DNA of 64,000 nt. Source: an uncultured bacterium (GTDB lineage Bacteria > Verrucomicrobiota > Verrucomicrobiia > Limisphaerales > UBA8199). Shown in pieces: positions 1 to 9,005 of the stretch. The DNA lies in the NCBI GenBank assembly GCA_963749495.1, contig CAVVMW010000023.1:224001-288000 (forward strand). The letters run 5' to 3'. The notes beneath the pieces were generated by a model that was given only the letters and a program-made list of their open reading frames with translations, did no database searches and was not told where the DNA came from. A program made the translations under genes and the position numbers. The first letter of the stretch is position 1. Each line of letters begins with the position of its first letter.

Positions 1-260
1 CCGGGTTCCAACTCGCACACCGCGCCCTGGTGAATCACCCGCGCGAGACCTCCACGCACCAACTCGAGGCGGTGCAGAGACTCGCTCTCGGGCTGGCCGG
101 GGGGAGTGTTCGATTCCGGACCGACGGTCCTCTCGTAGAGCCCGAGAAACTTGAACCGCAGCCAGTTCTCGAGCTCCAGCTCCTGTCGGTTTTTTTCCCC
201 AGTGAACAGGGTCCGGAATTGGCGGCCAGGGATGCGGTGGAGGGTGTCTCGGCATTTCAT
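1..260 (-). CDS. 5' part of a gene running off the window; possibly an AraC-type regulator with an N-terminal cupin-like domain
   Basis: ATG at 260-258 opens a frame unbroken to the edge (MKCRDTLHRIPGRQFRTLFTGEKNRQELELENWLRFKFLGLYERTVGPESNTPPGQPESESLHRLELVRGGLARVIHQGAVCELEP). It is divergent from the next gene. The product is a guess from the cupin-like pattern. Confidence 0.4.
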   Translation of the reverse strand, partial: MKCRDTLHRIPGRQFRTLFTGEKNRQELELENWLRFKFLGLYERTVGPESNTPPGQPESESLHRLELVRGGLARVIHQGAVCELEP

Positions 261-393
261 AGTACGATGCAGGGTTAAGGCCTGCCTTCAAGCGCTGGGT
301 CCACTTTAGCAATCTAACGCCAGGGAAAAAAAACGCAACTGGCTTGGGAAGGCTGGACAGTCGAATGCCGGCAAACTAAGCTGGGAACGAGCC

Positions 394-1808
394 ATGAGCC
401 AAAGCATGGAGCGGCGTTGCAGCGTCACGTTTGCTGCCCTCACGGTCAGCTTGGTTTCGCTTTTGCCGGCCTTCGCGGCCAGCGATCTGGTCTGGCAAAC
501 GGGCCCCGGTACCGTTTCGCCCATCTCCCTCCCCCGAAGGGCACCGCTCCGGGTTTCACGCTGCTCACTCCCGAGCAGACCGGCATTACGTTCAGCAATC
601 GGCTCACCGACGCAACCGTGGCGAGGAACCGCCTGTATGAAATCGGCTCGGGGGTCGCGCTGGGCAATATCGATGGCGATGGCTTGGTGGACATTTATTT
701 CTGCAGCCTCGAGGGGGCCAACGTGCTGTACCGCAACCTGGGGAATTGGCGGTTCGAAGATATTACCGCGGCGGCGGGGTTGGTCTGCTCCAACCAATTC
801 TCGACCGGCTGTGTGTTCGCGGATGTCGATGGAGACGGATACCTCGACCTGCTCCTCAACAGCCTGGGCGGTGGCACCCGGCTCTTTCTGAACGATGGCA
901 AAGGCCATTTCACCGAGAAGACCGATAGCGGGCTGCTGCGGCGATTTGGGGCAACTTCGATGGCCCTGGCGGATGTCGATGGCGACGGGACGCTGGATCT
1001 GTTCGTGTGCAACTACCGCACGGATACCATCCTTGACCATCCGCCGGGGGTGAACGTGAGCGTGCGCCAGGCGCCGGATGGGACACTGAGCGTCGAGCCC
1101 AGCGGCCGGTTTGTCGTGTTGCCCGGTTGCACCGGGATTCCCCAGGTCATCGAGCGAGGCGAACCCAGCTTCTTGTACCTCAACCGCGGCGCCGGCCGGT
1201 TCCTGCCAGTGCCATGGCACGTTGGGCTTTTTGTGGATGAGGATGGCCTGGCCCTGCGCGAACCGCCCACCGGCCACGAGGATGTGTTCCTGGCGCAGAA
1301 CTTCTTCGGCTTGGATGCGGAGACCTCGAGGCAGGATGCCGGGGTCGGATTGGTCCTGCTGGGAAACGGGCAGGGTGGCTTCCGCGCCTTGGGCCCTCAG
1401 GAGGCCGGGATCGCCATCTATGGTGAACAACGGGGCAGCGCCGTCGCGGATTTTGACGGCGACGGCCGGGTGGATCTCGCCGTGGCCCAGCACGGAGGGC
1501 CGACGCGATTGTTTCGCAATGTGCGCGCTGCGCCGGGCGTGCGCGTCCGGCTGCGCGGCTCGACGGACAACCCCCAGGCCATCGGCGCCTGTGTGCGCCT
1601 CCGCTGGGGCGAGAAGCTTGGCCCAGCGCGGGAGTTGCACGCCGGCAGCGGTTACTGGTCCCAAGACTCCCCTACCCTCGTCTTGGCCGCCCCGGCTCCG
1701 CCTTCCGCAGTCCAGGTCCGCTGGCCGGGCGGCCGGCAGCAGGTTTGGCCCTAGCCCGCCGCGGCCCGCTCGGTGGTGATTTCGCCAGAGGGCGTGCAGG
1801 CCCGTTGA
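394..1808 (+). pseudogene. ASPIC/UnbV (CRTAC1-like) FG-GAP repeat protein, disrupted
   Basis: Signal peptide from 394, frameshift near 508. DxDGDG repeats (IDGDGLVDIY, DVDGDGYLDLL, DFDGDGRVDLAV) and an ASPIC-like C-terminus (GSGYWSQDS...VRWPGG). In-frame TAG at 1752-1754, after which the frame continues PAAARSVVISPEGVQAR to TGA 1808. Apparent large internal deletion near 1270. Confidence 0.8.
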
Positions 1809-1813
1809 AAAGA

Positions 1814-1843
1814 GAAAACCGGATGGAGGTCCATCCGGTTTTC
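1814..1843. terminator. Probable bidirectional intrinsic terminator
   Basis: Perfect inverted repeat GAAAACCGGATGGA/TCCATCCGGTTTTC between convergent genes, with a T-rich tail on the minus strand. Confidence 0.75.
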
Positions 1844-1870
1844 GGTGATCCAGCCTGGCTAACGCGCGGT

Positions 1871-4800
1871 TTATTGGTGCGCGCGATAGAAAACAGAAAC
1901 GCCGCTGCTGGTCGGCGAGTACGGGCTGGTGGCGCCAGTCACCGCGGTATAAGGCCCGCTGACCAACGGGGAGGAGTACAAGGTCCCGGTGTAGGTAATG
2001 ACCACCTTCCCCTTCACCAACGCGATGCTGATCGTCGGCTTGGCCGTCAAGGCCGGAGCGTCGTCGAACGGCCAATAAGCCAGGAGGCTCGAGGCGGCGC
2101 TGATGGCGTCTGGAGCCGTGCCGCCGTATAGCGCGGCGATGTCCGATGGACTCAGGGCGGAGCTATAGACGGCGAAGTCATCCACCAAGCCGTGCATGGC
2201 CACGTTATCACCCAGGTCATAGCCGAGGTAAAGAACGTTGAAGTCGGTGGCCAGCGGCGAAGTCGAAGTCCCCTCGAGGAACATCTGCCCGTCAATCCAG
2301 ATCTGCTTGTCGGACAAGTTCTTGAAGGCTACCAAATGGTGCCAGTTGGTCCACCAATTGTCGGTATTGCCAAAATCAATGTAAGGCTGAAAACCGGTGA
2401 TGGCGGCACTGATGCGCTCGAGGGAGCCGTCGCAACAGCCAGAGGTGTCGAAATAGATATTATCATCGCTCCAAGGGAAATGAGCCTGGAATCCGCGCTC
2501 GGTGCCGCTGCTGGAAGGCGACACGCCCCAGAAGGCCGAACCTTGGGCGATATCGTATTTCTTGACCCACATCGAGAAAGTCATCACGTCGTTGCTCGAG
2601 GCGAAGTTGAGGAAGCTCGCGTCGGGCACCGTCACCCAGGCGGTCCCCCGGTACCGAAGTCAATCGCGTAATCGCCGGCCTTGCCGCTGTGGCCGCCCTG
2701 GTTGGGCGTATAGGCGGCCGTGCCGGTCAGCAGAGCGATATACTTGTGAGGCTTGTCGAGGCTGTAAACCGCCACGGTGAACGACCAGTTGTAGCTGGGT
2801 GAATTGGTGCCGTCCTTAAAGCTCACCGTCGCGGTGTGCTGAGATAGCGCCGCAAAAACCGGGCTCGGCACATAACTGACCGTGGTTTGACCGTTGGTCT
2901 TGCTCACCTTCGCGGTCACCGCCGTGCCGTCAATCTGCAGCTTGACGGTGCTTGGATCGACCGGGTTGGCCACGTCCGTAATGACGGCCGAGATCAGGTT
3001 CGGCGCGGCAGTGCTGTCGTTGGCCGGGGGGGTAATGGAGGAAACGTAGGCAGCCGAAAAGCTCGGCAGCCACTGGTAAGCCGCGATCGCGTTGGTGATG
3101 TCATTGATCAGCACGTCGGTGCCATCGGCATTGATCATGAACCACTCGAGGTTGGCGCCTCCGCCGACTTGTTGGTAGAGCAACCTGAACGGATACAGGC
3201 CCGGCTTCGGGATATAGAATTGGAACGTGGTGTCGGCCCACCCGCGGGTGCCATCGTACTGGCCGAGGATGTATGACCCGAAAGCATCAAATGGATTCAT
3301 GCCCAAGCTCACTCGGAACCCATCATCGCTGTTCACGTCCATCGTGTACAGCCCGTTGCTCGGGAACGACAACGCCGTGTAGAATTGACAAACGAAATTC
3401 TCGGTGTTGACGTATGTCACGGGATTGCCGGGGATCCCGGGGAAGTAGAAGTCCGGGTAGTCGGGCGCATTAAAGTCGCCATCGGAAGCGGTCGGAGTAA
3501 TGTCGAAATTGACGACATTGGTCCATACGAAGAAGCCATCCGGCCCCACACTGCCAAGGAGCGGATCGGCGTTCGTGTTGGCCACGTTGGGGCCATACGC
3601 TCCCTTTAACACGGCATTGGCCGTCGCCATGTTCCCCGCCACCACGTCATCAACCTGATAAGTCTCCTCCTTGAAACCGCGGAGCGTGGCCGCGCTGGCC
3701 GCCAAAAGCTGGTTGGTGGAGACCAGGGTGAACTGCTGCACCGCGAAGGATCCGCTGCTGGAGTAGCTGTTGCCTTTGGTATCCTTGATGGTCAGAGAGG
3801 CGGTATGGGTCGAGCCCGGCAGCAAAGGCGGGTTGGGGAGGACGTAATTGACCGTGATAGTGATGCCGTTGGTGGCCAGTGAACTGGGCGTCACGTTCTG
3901 CCCGTCCAAGGTCAAAACGATGGAACTGGTATCGGGCGCGCGGGTGCTGGAGGTGTACAGCAAATAGCTGAGGCCGTTACAATTGCCATCTAACGCGCCA
4001 ATCAACGGAGGATTATCGAAACTCCAATACGCCATGACGACCTCACCCGGCAGATTTGTGGGCGAGGTCCCGCTGTAAAGCAGGCCGATGCTGTTGGCGC
4101 TCAAGGCGGTGGAGTAGAAGGCAAAGTCGTCCATCCGAGCGTGCATCGGACCCGAGGCGTCCATGAGATTCCCCAGCCAGAAATCGGTGAAGTCGCTGGG
4201 CAGCGGCGAGGTCGAAGTCCCATCGAGGAACAACTGCCCGTCAATCCAGATCTGCTTGTCGGACAGGTTCTTGAAGAAGACAAAATGGTGCCAGTTGGTC
4301 CACCAATCGTCGGTGCTGCCAAAATCGATGTAAGGCTGAAAACCGGTGATGGCGGCGCTGATACGCTGGAGCGAGCCGTCACAACAGCCGGCCGTGTCGA
4401 AATAAATATTGTCATTGCTCCAGGGCGTGTGCGCCTGGAACCCGCGCTCGGTGCCGCTGCTGGAAGGCGACACACCCCAGAAGGCCGAACTCCCTGTGCT
4501 GGGGTTGATGTCGTATCGCTTTTGCCAGAAGGAGACCGACAGAACGTCGTTGCTGGTGGCGAAGTTCAACCACTGGGCGTTGCTGATAACGATCCCGGAA
4601 CCGCCCTTGGTCGTAAAATCGATGCAGTAATCGCCTGCGTTGCCCGAACGGGAAGCGGTCGAGAAGGTTGTCGGGCCCAGCAGCGTCCCCGGATAACCGT
4701 GGAGCAAATCGTCCACGGCGCCGCTTTGGGCCAGAAGGCTGGTGCTGAGTGGGCCGCCGAGCGCCAGCAGTACGCCCATGCCGGCAGCCGGGAACCAGCG

Positions 4801-4878
4801 CCTTCGGATCGCACCGGCTCGCAAGTGACTGGGCCGCCCGCTCGGCCTGTTCCGATTGATTTGTTGTTGTGGTATCAT
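1871..4878 (-). CDS. Secreted ~1000-aa protein with two LamG/concanavalin-like domains, a central PA14-like domain and a C-terminal FYRA-type domain (frameshift near 2648)
   Basis: ORFs 2632-4878 and 1871-2635 join if one G is added to a G-run (DFGTGGTAWVTVPDASF). LamG motifs WHHFVF...QIWIDG...MDDFAFYSTALS occur twice; PA14-like VNSDDGFRV...YQQVGGGANLEW. The true start may lie slightly downstream of 4878. Confidence 0.85.
2252..4490. repeat. Intragenic direct repeat (~290 bp): 2252-2540 and 4201-4490
   Basis: The two LamG domain cores are nearly identical in DNA, e.g. both contain ctgcccgtcaatccagatctgcttgtcggaca and cgcgctcggtgccgctgctggaaggcgacac. Confidence 0.9.
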
Positions 4879-5208
4879 AGCTTTGTTTGTGTTGTTGGGA
4901 CCATTTTCAACGACAAGTAATATTCAAAACTACCCGGCACAATGGACGAATCGGCTGTGAATTTGCACTTTTTCCACACGCTCATGCTCGCCCACACGAG
5001 CGGACCCCGTTCCAGAATGCCGAGGCCAATCGGACAAGGCTGCCAACAGGATCGAATTCATGGAAGGGCGTCCCACCGAACGCCCCTCGATCGTGGCGGC
5101 CCTGGACGAGACATTCAAGAAGGCCCCGAAGTCCGAAAAGAAGGGCCAGCACCAGCACGACTTGCCCATGAGTAGGGCAAGGCGTGTGCCGGCGTGTTTT
5201 CCCGTGTT

Positions 5209-5577
5209 TCAGGAAGTCGCCGGAACTGCTTGGGATACAGCCGTTTGTGCGTTTTGCGGCGCCTCGGGCACCTGGCCGGCACTCCCTGAAACACCGGGCG
5301 ACACGATACTAAGTTTGATACTACTCGCCTCCGGCTGCGCTGCCGCGAGGCGGTCAAGCTTCTGAGGATCGGTCTCACTGAGCATGAGGTCGTCAATTCG
5401 ATCAAGTTGTTTGCGCACGCGGGCAAGTCGCAAATCGGGGTAAGCTTCCGCAGGCTGCGGGGCGGATTGCGGTGGTTGTGGATCTGGCGGTGGGGGTTCT
5501 GGCGCAGTGAACCGGCGGGAGCCAGGAGCGTGCGAGCAGCGGGCCATTTCTGCGGCATTTTCTGCGGTGAATCGCAC
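5209..5577 (-). pseudogene. Truncated phage-like small helical protein (possibly small-terminase-like)
   Basis: MRFTAENAAEMAR..., Pro-rich linker, then RLARVRKQLDRIDDLMLSETDPQKLDRLAAAQ. Protein-like character ends abruptly at the 23-bp repeat near 5324. Confidence 0.4.
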
Positions 5578-6180
5578 GAGGGTATTGTCCTAACGTCGTG
5601 TTGCTTCGTCAAGCCTTTCCAGACGTGATCCCCGAGCCTCGCGGCGGCTGCTGGAGTTTGGCGTGTGCTGAGCGTCTGCGGGATCGCCGTGCGGTTAGCA
5701 AGAATGGGCACCGGTCCATGGAAAGGGCGCGTGAGGGCAAATCCCAAAAACTCCCGTGTGTTAAAACCCTTTGTAGCGCATAGGCCAATCGGCGGCGGGG
5801 GGTGCCCCCCAGGGGTGTGGGGACGGGTCTGGCGATTTCCAGGGTCCCCATCGCCGGTCAACGCGGCGCCGAACGGGGCGACGCGCTGGCCGCCGGAGCG
5901 CAAGCGGCGCAGGACTTGGCCAGGGGCGCCGAAACCGCCTGGCCGAACGCGCCGTTTGCCCCAGGACGCGTTTTGATCCCCGCCGGGGGTCACAGAACAC
6001 CCGCCTGCCGTCAAGAGCCCCGTGACTCCCGGCCGGCGAGGGGCGCCACCCCGCCGCGGTTGCTCTCAAAGCGTCGCCTCGCGCCAGGGCGGGGAGTCGA
6101 AAGGGGCAGCCGGCGCCAGCAAAACGGAGCCCGTTTTCCGCCCTCCCCATTTCTCGCCACGATACTACGTTTGATACTAC
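5302..6180. repeat. 23-bp direct repeat pair (5302-5324, 6158-6180), each with a tandem GATACTA
   Basis: cacgatactaagtttgatactac vs cacgatactacgtttgatactac, 22/23 identical. The second copy is ~46 bp from the tRNA 3' end. Confidence 0.85.
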
Positions 6181-6226
6181 GGGAGCCCTCCGGGCCGAAT
6201 CGAATCTGCGTAAGTCGTTGATGGAG

Positions 6227-6302
6227 TGGTGCCCCGGCCAGGACTTGAACCTGGAACCAATTGATTAAGAGTCAACTGCTCTGCCAATTGAGCTACCGAG
6301 GC
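6227..6302 (-). tRNA. tRNA-Lys (CTT)
   Basis: Reverse complement GCCTCGGTAGCTCAATTGGCAGAGCAGTTGACTCTTAATCAATTGGTTCCAGGTTCAAGTCCTGGCCGGGGCACCA: 76 nt, cloverleaf, anticodon CTT, encoded CCA. Confidence 0.97.
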
Positions 6303-6452
6303 GACCAATGGATCGTGCCATCTGGTGTCTATTTTGCACCAGTACGCCGCAGAGGCAAGCTGTTTCGCAGGTTGTTATCAGAGAGGCTCAAGAAATCTTC
6401 GTTCCCGCCTGAAGGCGGGCGCATCCCGACACCCGCCGCCGACGCCGAAGGG

Positions 6453-6549
6453 CCGGAGCGCCGGCTTCAGCCGGCTTTGGACGTTCAATGTTCAAAGGGG
6501 CCCAAAGGGGTGCGGGTGCGCGCAGACCCGGCTGAAGCCGGCGCTCCGG
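6453..6549. repeat. REP-like inverted repeat doublet
   Basis: Perfect 22-bp IR ccggagcgccggcttcagccgg (6453-6474) / ccggctgaagccggcgctccgg (6528-6549); each arm is internally palindromic. Confidence 0.85.
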
Positions 6550-6793
6550 GGGCGATGTCGGAATGCGGCCCCTGAAGGCGGCCTTCCGCGGCGAACCGGG
6601 ATGCGGCCTTTGGGCGGCAGGATGGACGCTCGAATGTTTCGCCGACAGGCTGCCCGGCTGTCGAGAATCCCTGGGGATTGCCTAGGGCTTCCCTGGGATC
6701 AAAACCGGGAATTCCCAGGGTGGAGCAAAGCAGCATCTCCGATTACCATGTTCGACTGAAGTGCAAAACGAACGCTGGAAGAGAAAGACAAAC

Positions 6794-7549
6794 ATGCTCA
6801 AGCGATTCACCGTGGGAACGGCAGCGGCGGCAGTGGGGCTGATGCTGGCAGGCTCCGCAAATGCGTCGTTGGCATTCCAAACCCCGGCGGGCTCAAGCAC
6901 CACGGATGGCAGTGTGGATGCCACGGCCACTTTTGCCTTAAGCGCCGGGGGTGTGACGCTTACGCTCCAGAATTTGCTCCAGAATCCAACGGCTGTCGGC
7001 CAGTTGATCAGCGCAATAACGTTCAATATCACGGGCGCCACTGGCTCGGGCGCTTCCGCGGTGAAATCCGGCCTTATCAGCACTATTTCGTCCGGAGGTT
7101 CTTACACTGCAGGACAGGCGGATTCACTGAGCCGTTGGGCCCTCAGCGAGTCAGGCACGCGGATTGGTTTGACGACCTTATCCGGCGGCCAGCCCAACAG
7201 CCTGATCATCGGGCCGGATAGCGCGGGGGGCTTTACCCAGAGCGGGAAGTATAGTAATGCAAATCCTTCGATCCCCAACCATACTCCCTCGGTGCTCGGG
7301 TCCGCGATCTTCGACATCACCATCCCCGGCGTCACGGGCACAAGCCAAATCTCCGATGTGGAGATTCAATTCGGCGGAACGGCGGGTGCGAATACGGTTG
7401 ACATGATTGCCGCCGTTCCCGAACCGACGACAATGTTTGCCGGTGCATTGATGCTCCTGCCGTTCGGGCTGGCTGCCCTTCGGGGGATAGGGGGGATAGG
7501 GGTCAGACCTCAACATTCGACGTTTGTTGGTGCAAATGTCAAATGTTGA
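6794..7549 (+). CDS. PEP-CTERM sorting domain protein
   Basis: Signal peptide MLKRFTVGTAAAAVGLMLAGSANA, Ser/Thr/Gly-rich body, and VPEPTTMFAGALMLLPFG followed by a transmembrane segment. Confidence 0.9.
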   Translation: MLKRFTVGTAAAAVGLMLAGSANASLAFQTPAGSSTTDGSVDATATFALSAGGVTLTLQNLLQNPTAVGQLISAITFNITGATGSGASAVKSGLISTISSGGSYTAGQADSLSRWALSESGTRIGLTTLSGGQPNSLIIGPDSAGGFTQSGKYSNANPSIPNHTPSVLGSAIFDITIPGVTGTSQISDVEIQFGGTAGANTVDMIAAVPEPTTMFAGALMLLPFGLAALRGIGGIGVRPQHSTFVGANVKC

Positions 7550-7557
7550 GAGCTGAC
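7499..7557. repeat. Palindromic REP-like element overlapping the PEP-CTERM gene 3' end
   Basis: gtcagacctcaacattcgac (7502-7521) / gtcaaatgttgagagctgac (7538-7557), a 17/20 inverted match. Confidence 0.7.
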
Positions 7558-7776
7558 GCAATGCGCTCTCCCGTTGCTAAAGAGGTTTCTCGGGTCCCGG
7601 GATATGTTCCGTGGCGCCGGCCACCGTTATACTTCCCGGTCGGTTTTGTAATGGCGCTTCGCGCGAAAGCGTGTAAGAAGGTTCAGGCAAACCAGTGGCG
7701 CGGCCGGACCGACAGTCCCGGCCGGCCACCGGCCGAACTAAAACCATAACAGGAAACGCAGATTGCAACGACGAGT

Positions 7777-8520
7777 ATGAAATTAGCACGCTTGATCGCG
7801 CCGGTATTAATCGGTTCCTCCCTGACTCTCACGCGGCCCACGGCGGCGGCCGACACGCCCACCGTCAACTCCATCCTGGCCAAGCACGTCGAGGCCGTCG
7901 GCGGCAAGGAGGCGATGGAGAAGGTCCATTCCCGCGTCGTCCAAATCAGAATCGAATCCGACGCCTTCGGCAATAGCGAAGGAGAGGTCTTCGCCAAAGC
8001 GCCCGACTGGCAGCGGTCGCACATTGATTTGGGCGCGGCCGGTATCATCGATGAGGGCTTTGACGGGACCGTGGCCTGGGTGAAAAACCCCTGGCAAGGT
8101 CTGCGGGTCAAGACCGGGGACGAACTGGCGAAGGTGAGACGTGACGCGCGGCTCAATCGGGAGGTGAACCTCAAAAGCCTCTACCCGGACCTGGCGTACA
8201 AAGGCACTGAGAAAGTGGGTGACGAAGAAGCCTGGCTCCTCGAGTCGAAGCCATCCGCCTCGAGCAAAGAAAAGTTCTGGTTCAGCACGAAGACCGCCCT
8301 GGTGATCCGGCAGGAATCGGAATACCAAGGCCCCGAGGGGGTCGTCAATGTCAACGTGTTCCCGCGGGATTACAAGGCCTTTGACGGCCTGAAATTCCCC
8401 GGCGCCATGAAAATGAAAATCTCGACCGTCGGCCAGGAATTTGAGTTCACGATGAAGTTCCTGGGCGTAAAACACAACGTGGAGATCGACGCGGCCAAGT
8501 TCGCCAAACCTGCGGAGTGA
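7777..8520 (+). CDS. Secreted LolA-like fold / outer-membrane lipoprotein-sorting family protein
   Basis: Signal peptide; ILAKHVEAVGGKEAM, GFDGTVAW, DYKAFDGLKFP and NVEIDAAKFAKP are typical of this family. Confidence 0.75.
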   Translation: MKLARLIAPVLIGSSLTLTRPTAAADTPTVNSILAKHVEAVGGKEAMEKVHSRVVQIRIESDAFGNSEGEVFAKAPDWQRSHIDLGAAGIIDEGFDGTVAWVKNPWQGLRVKTGDELAKVRRDARLNREVNLKSLYPDLAYKGTEKVGDEEAWLLESKPSASSKEKFWFSTKTALVIRQESEYQGPEGVVNVNVFPRDYKAFDGLKFPGAMKMKISTVGQEFEFTMKFLGVKHNVEIDAAKFAKPAE

Positions 8521-8539
8521 GGTTTTAATCCAAACCCTG

Positions 8540-8598
8540 AACAGGAGAAAACAGAGAGAACGGAGATAAGAGCTCTGTTCCCTCCGTTGCCTCCTGTT
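8540..8598. repeat. Purine/pyrimidine-skewed imperfect inverted repeat
   Basis: aacaggagaaaacagagagaacggag ... ctctgttccctccgttgcctcctgtt. Confidence 0.7.
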
Positions 8599-8609
8599 AA
8601 AAACGGCGA

Positions 8610-8793
8610 AAGGACAGGCAAACAGACCACCAGCCTCGTCAACGCCCTCTACCTCGCAGACAGTTTCGGGCAGCTTGTGCAGAATAAGGAGGAGGCGGTT
8701 TCTGACTTCCCGGTGAGCGCCACCGCGAATGAAGCGCACTGCACCGTTCCGCCGCACGCGATCGTCTTTGTGACGCTCGCCGGTTCGCAATAG
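8610..8793 (+). pseudogene. Fragment of a glycoside hydrolase (arabinofuranosidase-like) gene
   Basis: GKQTTSLVNALYLADSFGQL, an internal motif I recall from verrucomicrobial GH proteins, is joined directly to a C-terminal-like CTVPPHAIVFVTL. No start codon is present. Confidence 0.45.
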
Positions 8794-8813
8794 ACGCCGG
8801 TAACTGTTCAGGT

Positions 8814-8927
8814 GTGGGGCAGACCTCTGGTCTGCCGGTTCACGGAGCCTCCGGCTCCGTGTCCCTTGCAGTTGCGACGCTCGGGGCCGGAGGCCCCTCC
8901 AACCGGCAGACCGGAGGTCTGCCCCAC
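8814..8927. repeat. REP-like inverted repeat doublet
   Basis: gtggggcagacctctggtctgccggtt / aaccggcagaccggaggtctgccccac, 26/27 match, with an inner IR gcctccggctccg / cggggccggaggc. Confidence 0.85.
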
Positions 8928-9005
8928 GCATCCCCACTTGAGCAGTTGCAGACGCCGCTTATGAAAGCAGTTGTGCGGGAATGGGCTGCGGGCCATGCTC
9001 GGTGC

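Larger units (their letters stand above)
4940..6226. mobile_element. Decayed integrative element or prophage remnant at the tRNA-Lys 3' end
   Basis: Lies immediately 3' of the tRNA, has no intact long gene, and contains two arm-site-like 23-bp direct repeats plus a truncated phage-like ORF. The left boundary is uncertain. Confidence 0.5.

Noticed and set aside
2252..4490. Possible DGR template/variable repeat pair
   Set aside because: Both copies are in-frame parts of one gene, mismatches are not adenine-specific, and no reverse transcriptase is in the window.
5000..5180. Peptide ending ...KKGQHQHDLPMSR that resembles a relaxase C-terminus
   Set aside because: No catalytic motifs or convincing nic site seen; kept only as part of the island remnant.
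6261..6575. 104-aa ORF beginning MIKSQLLCQLSYRG
   Set aside because: Starts inside the antisense of tRNA-Lys and ends in a REP element; not a real gene.
8814..9005. N-terminal extension of the 1024-aa ORF
   Set aside because: Translates a REP palindrome; a signal-peptide-like sequence only begins after ATG 9006.
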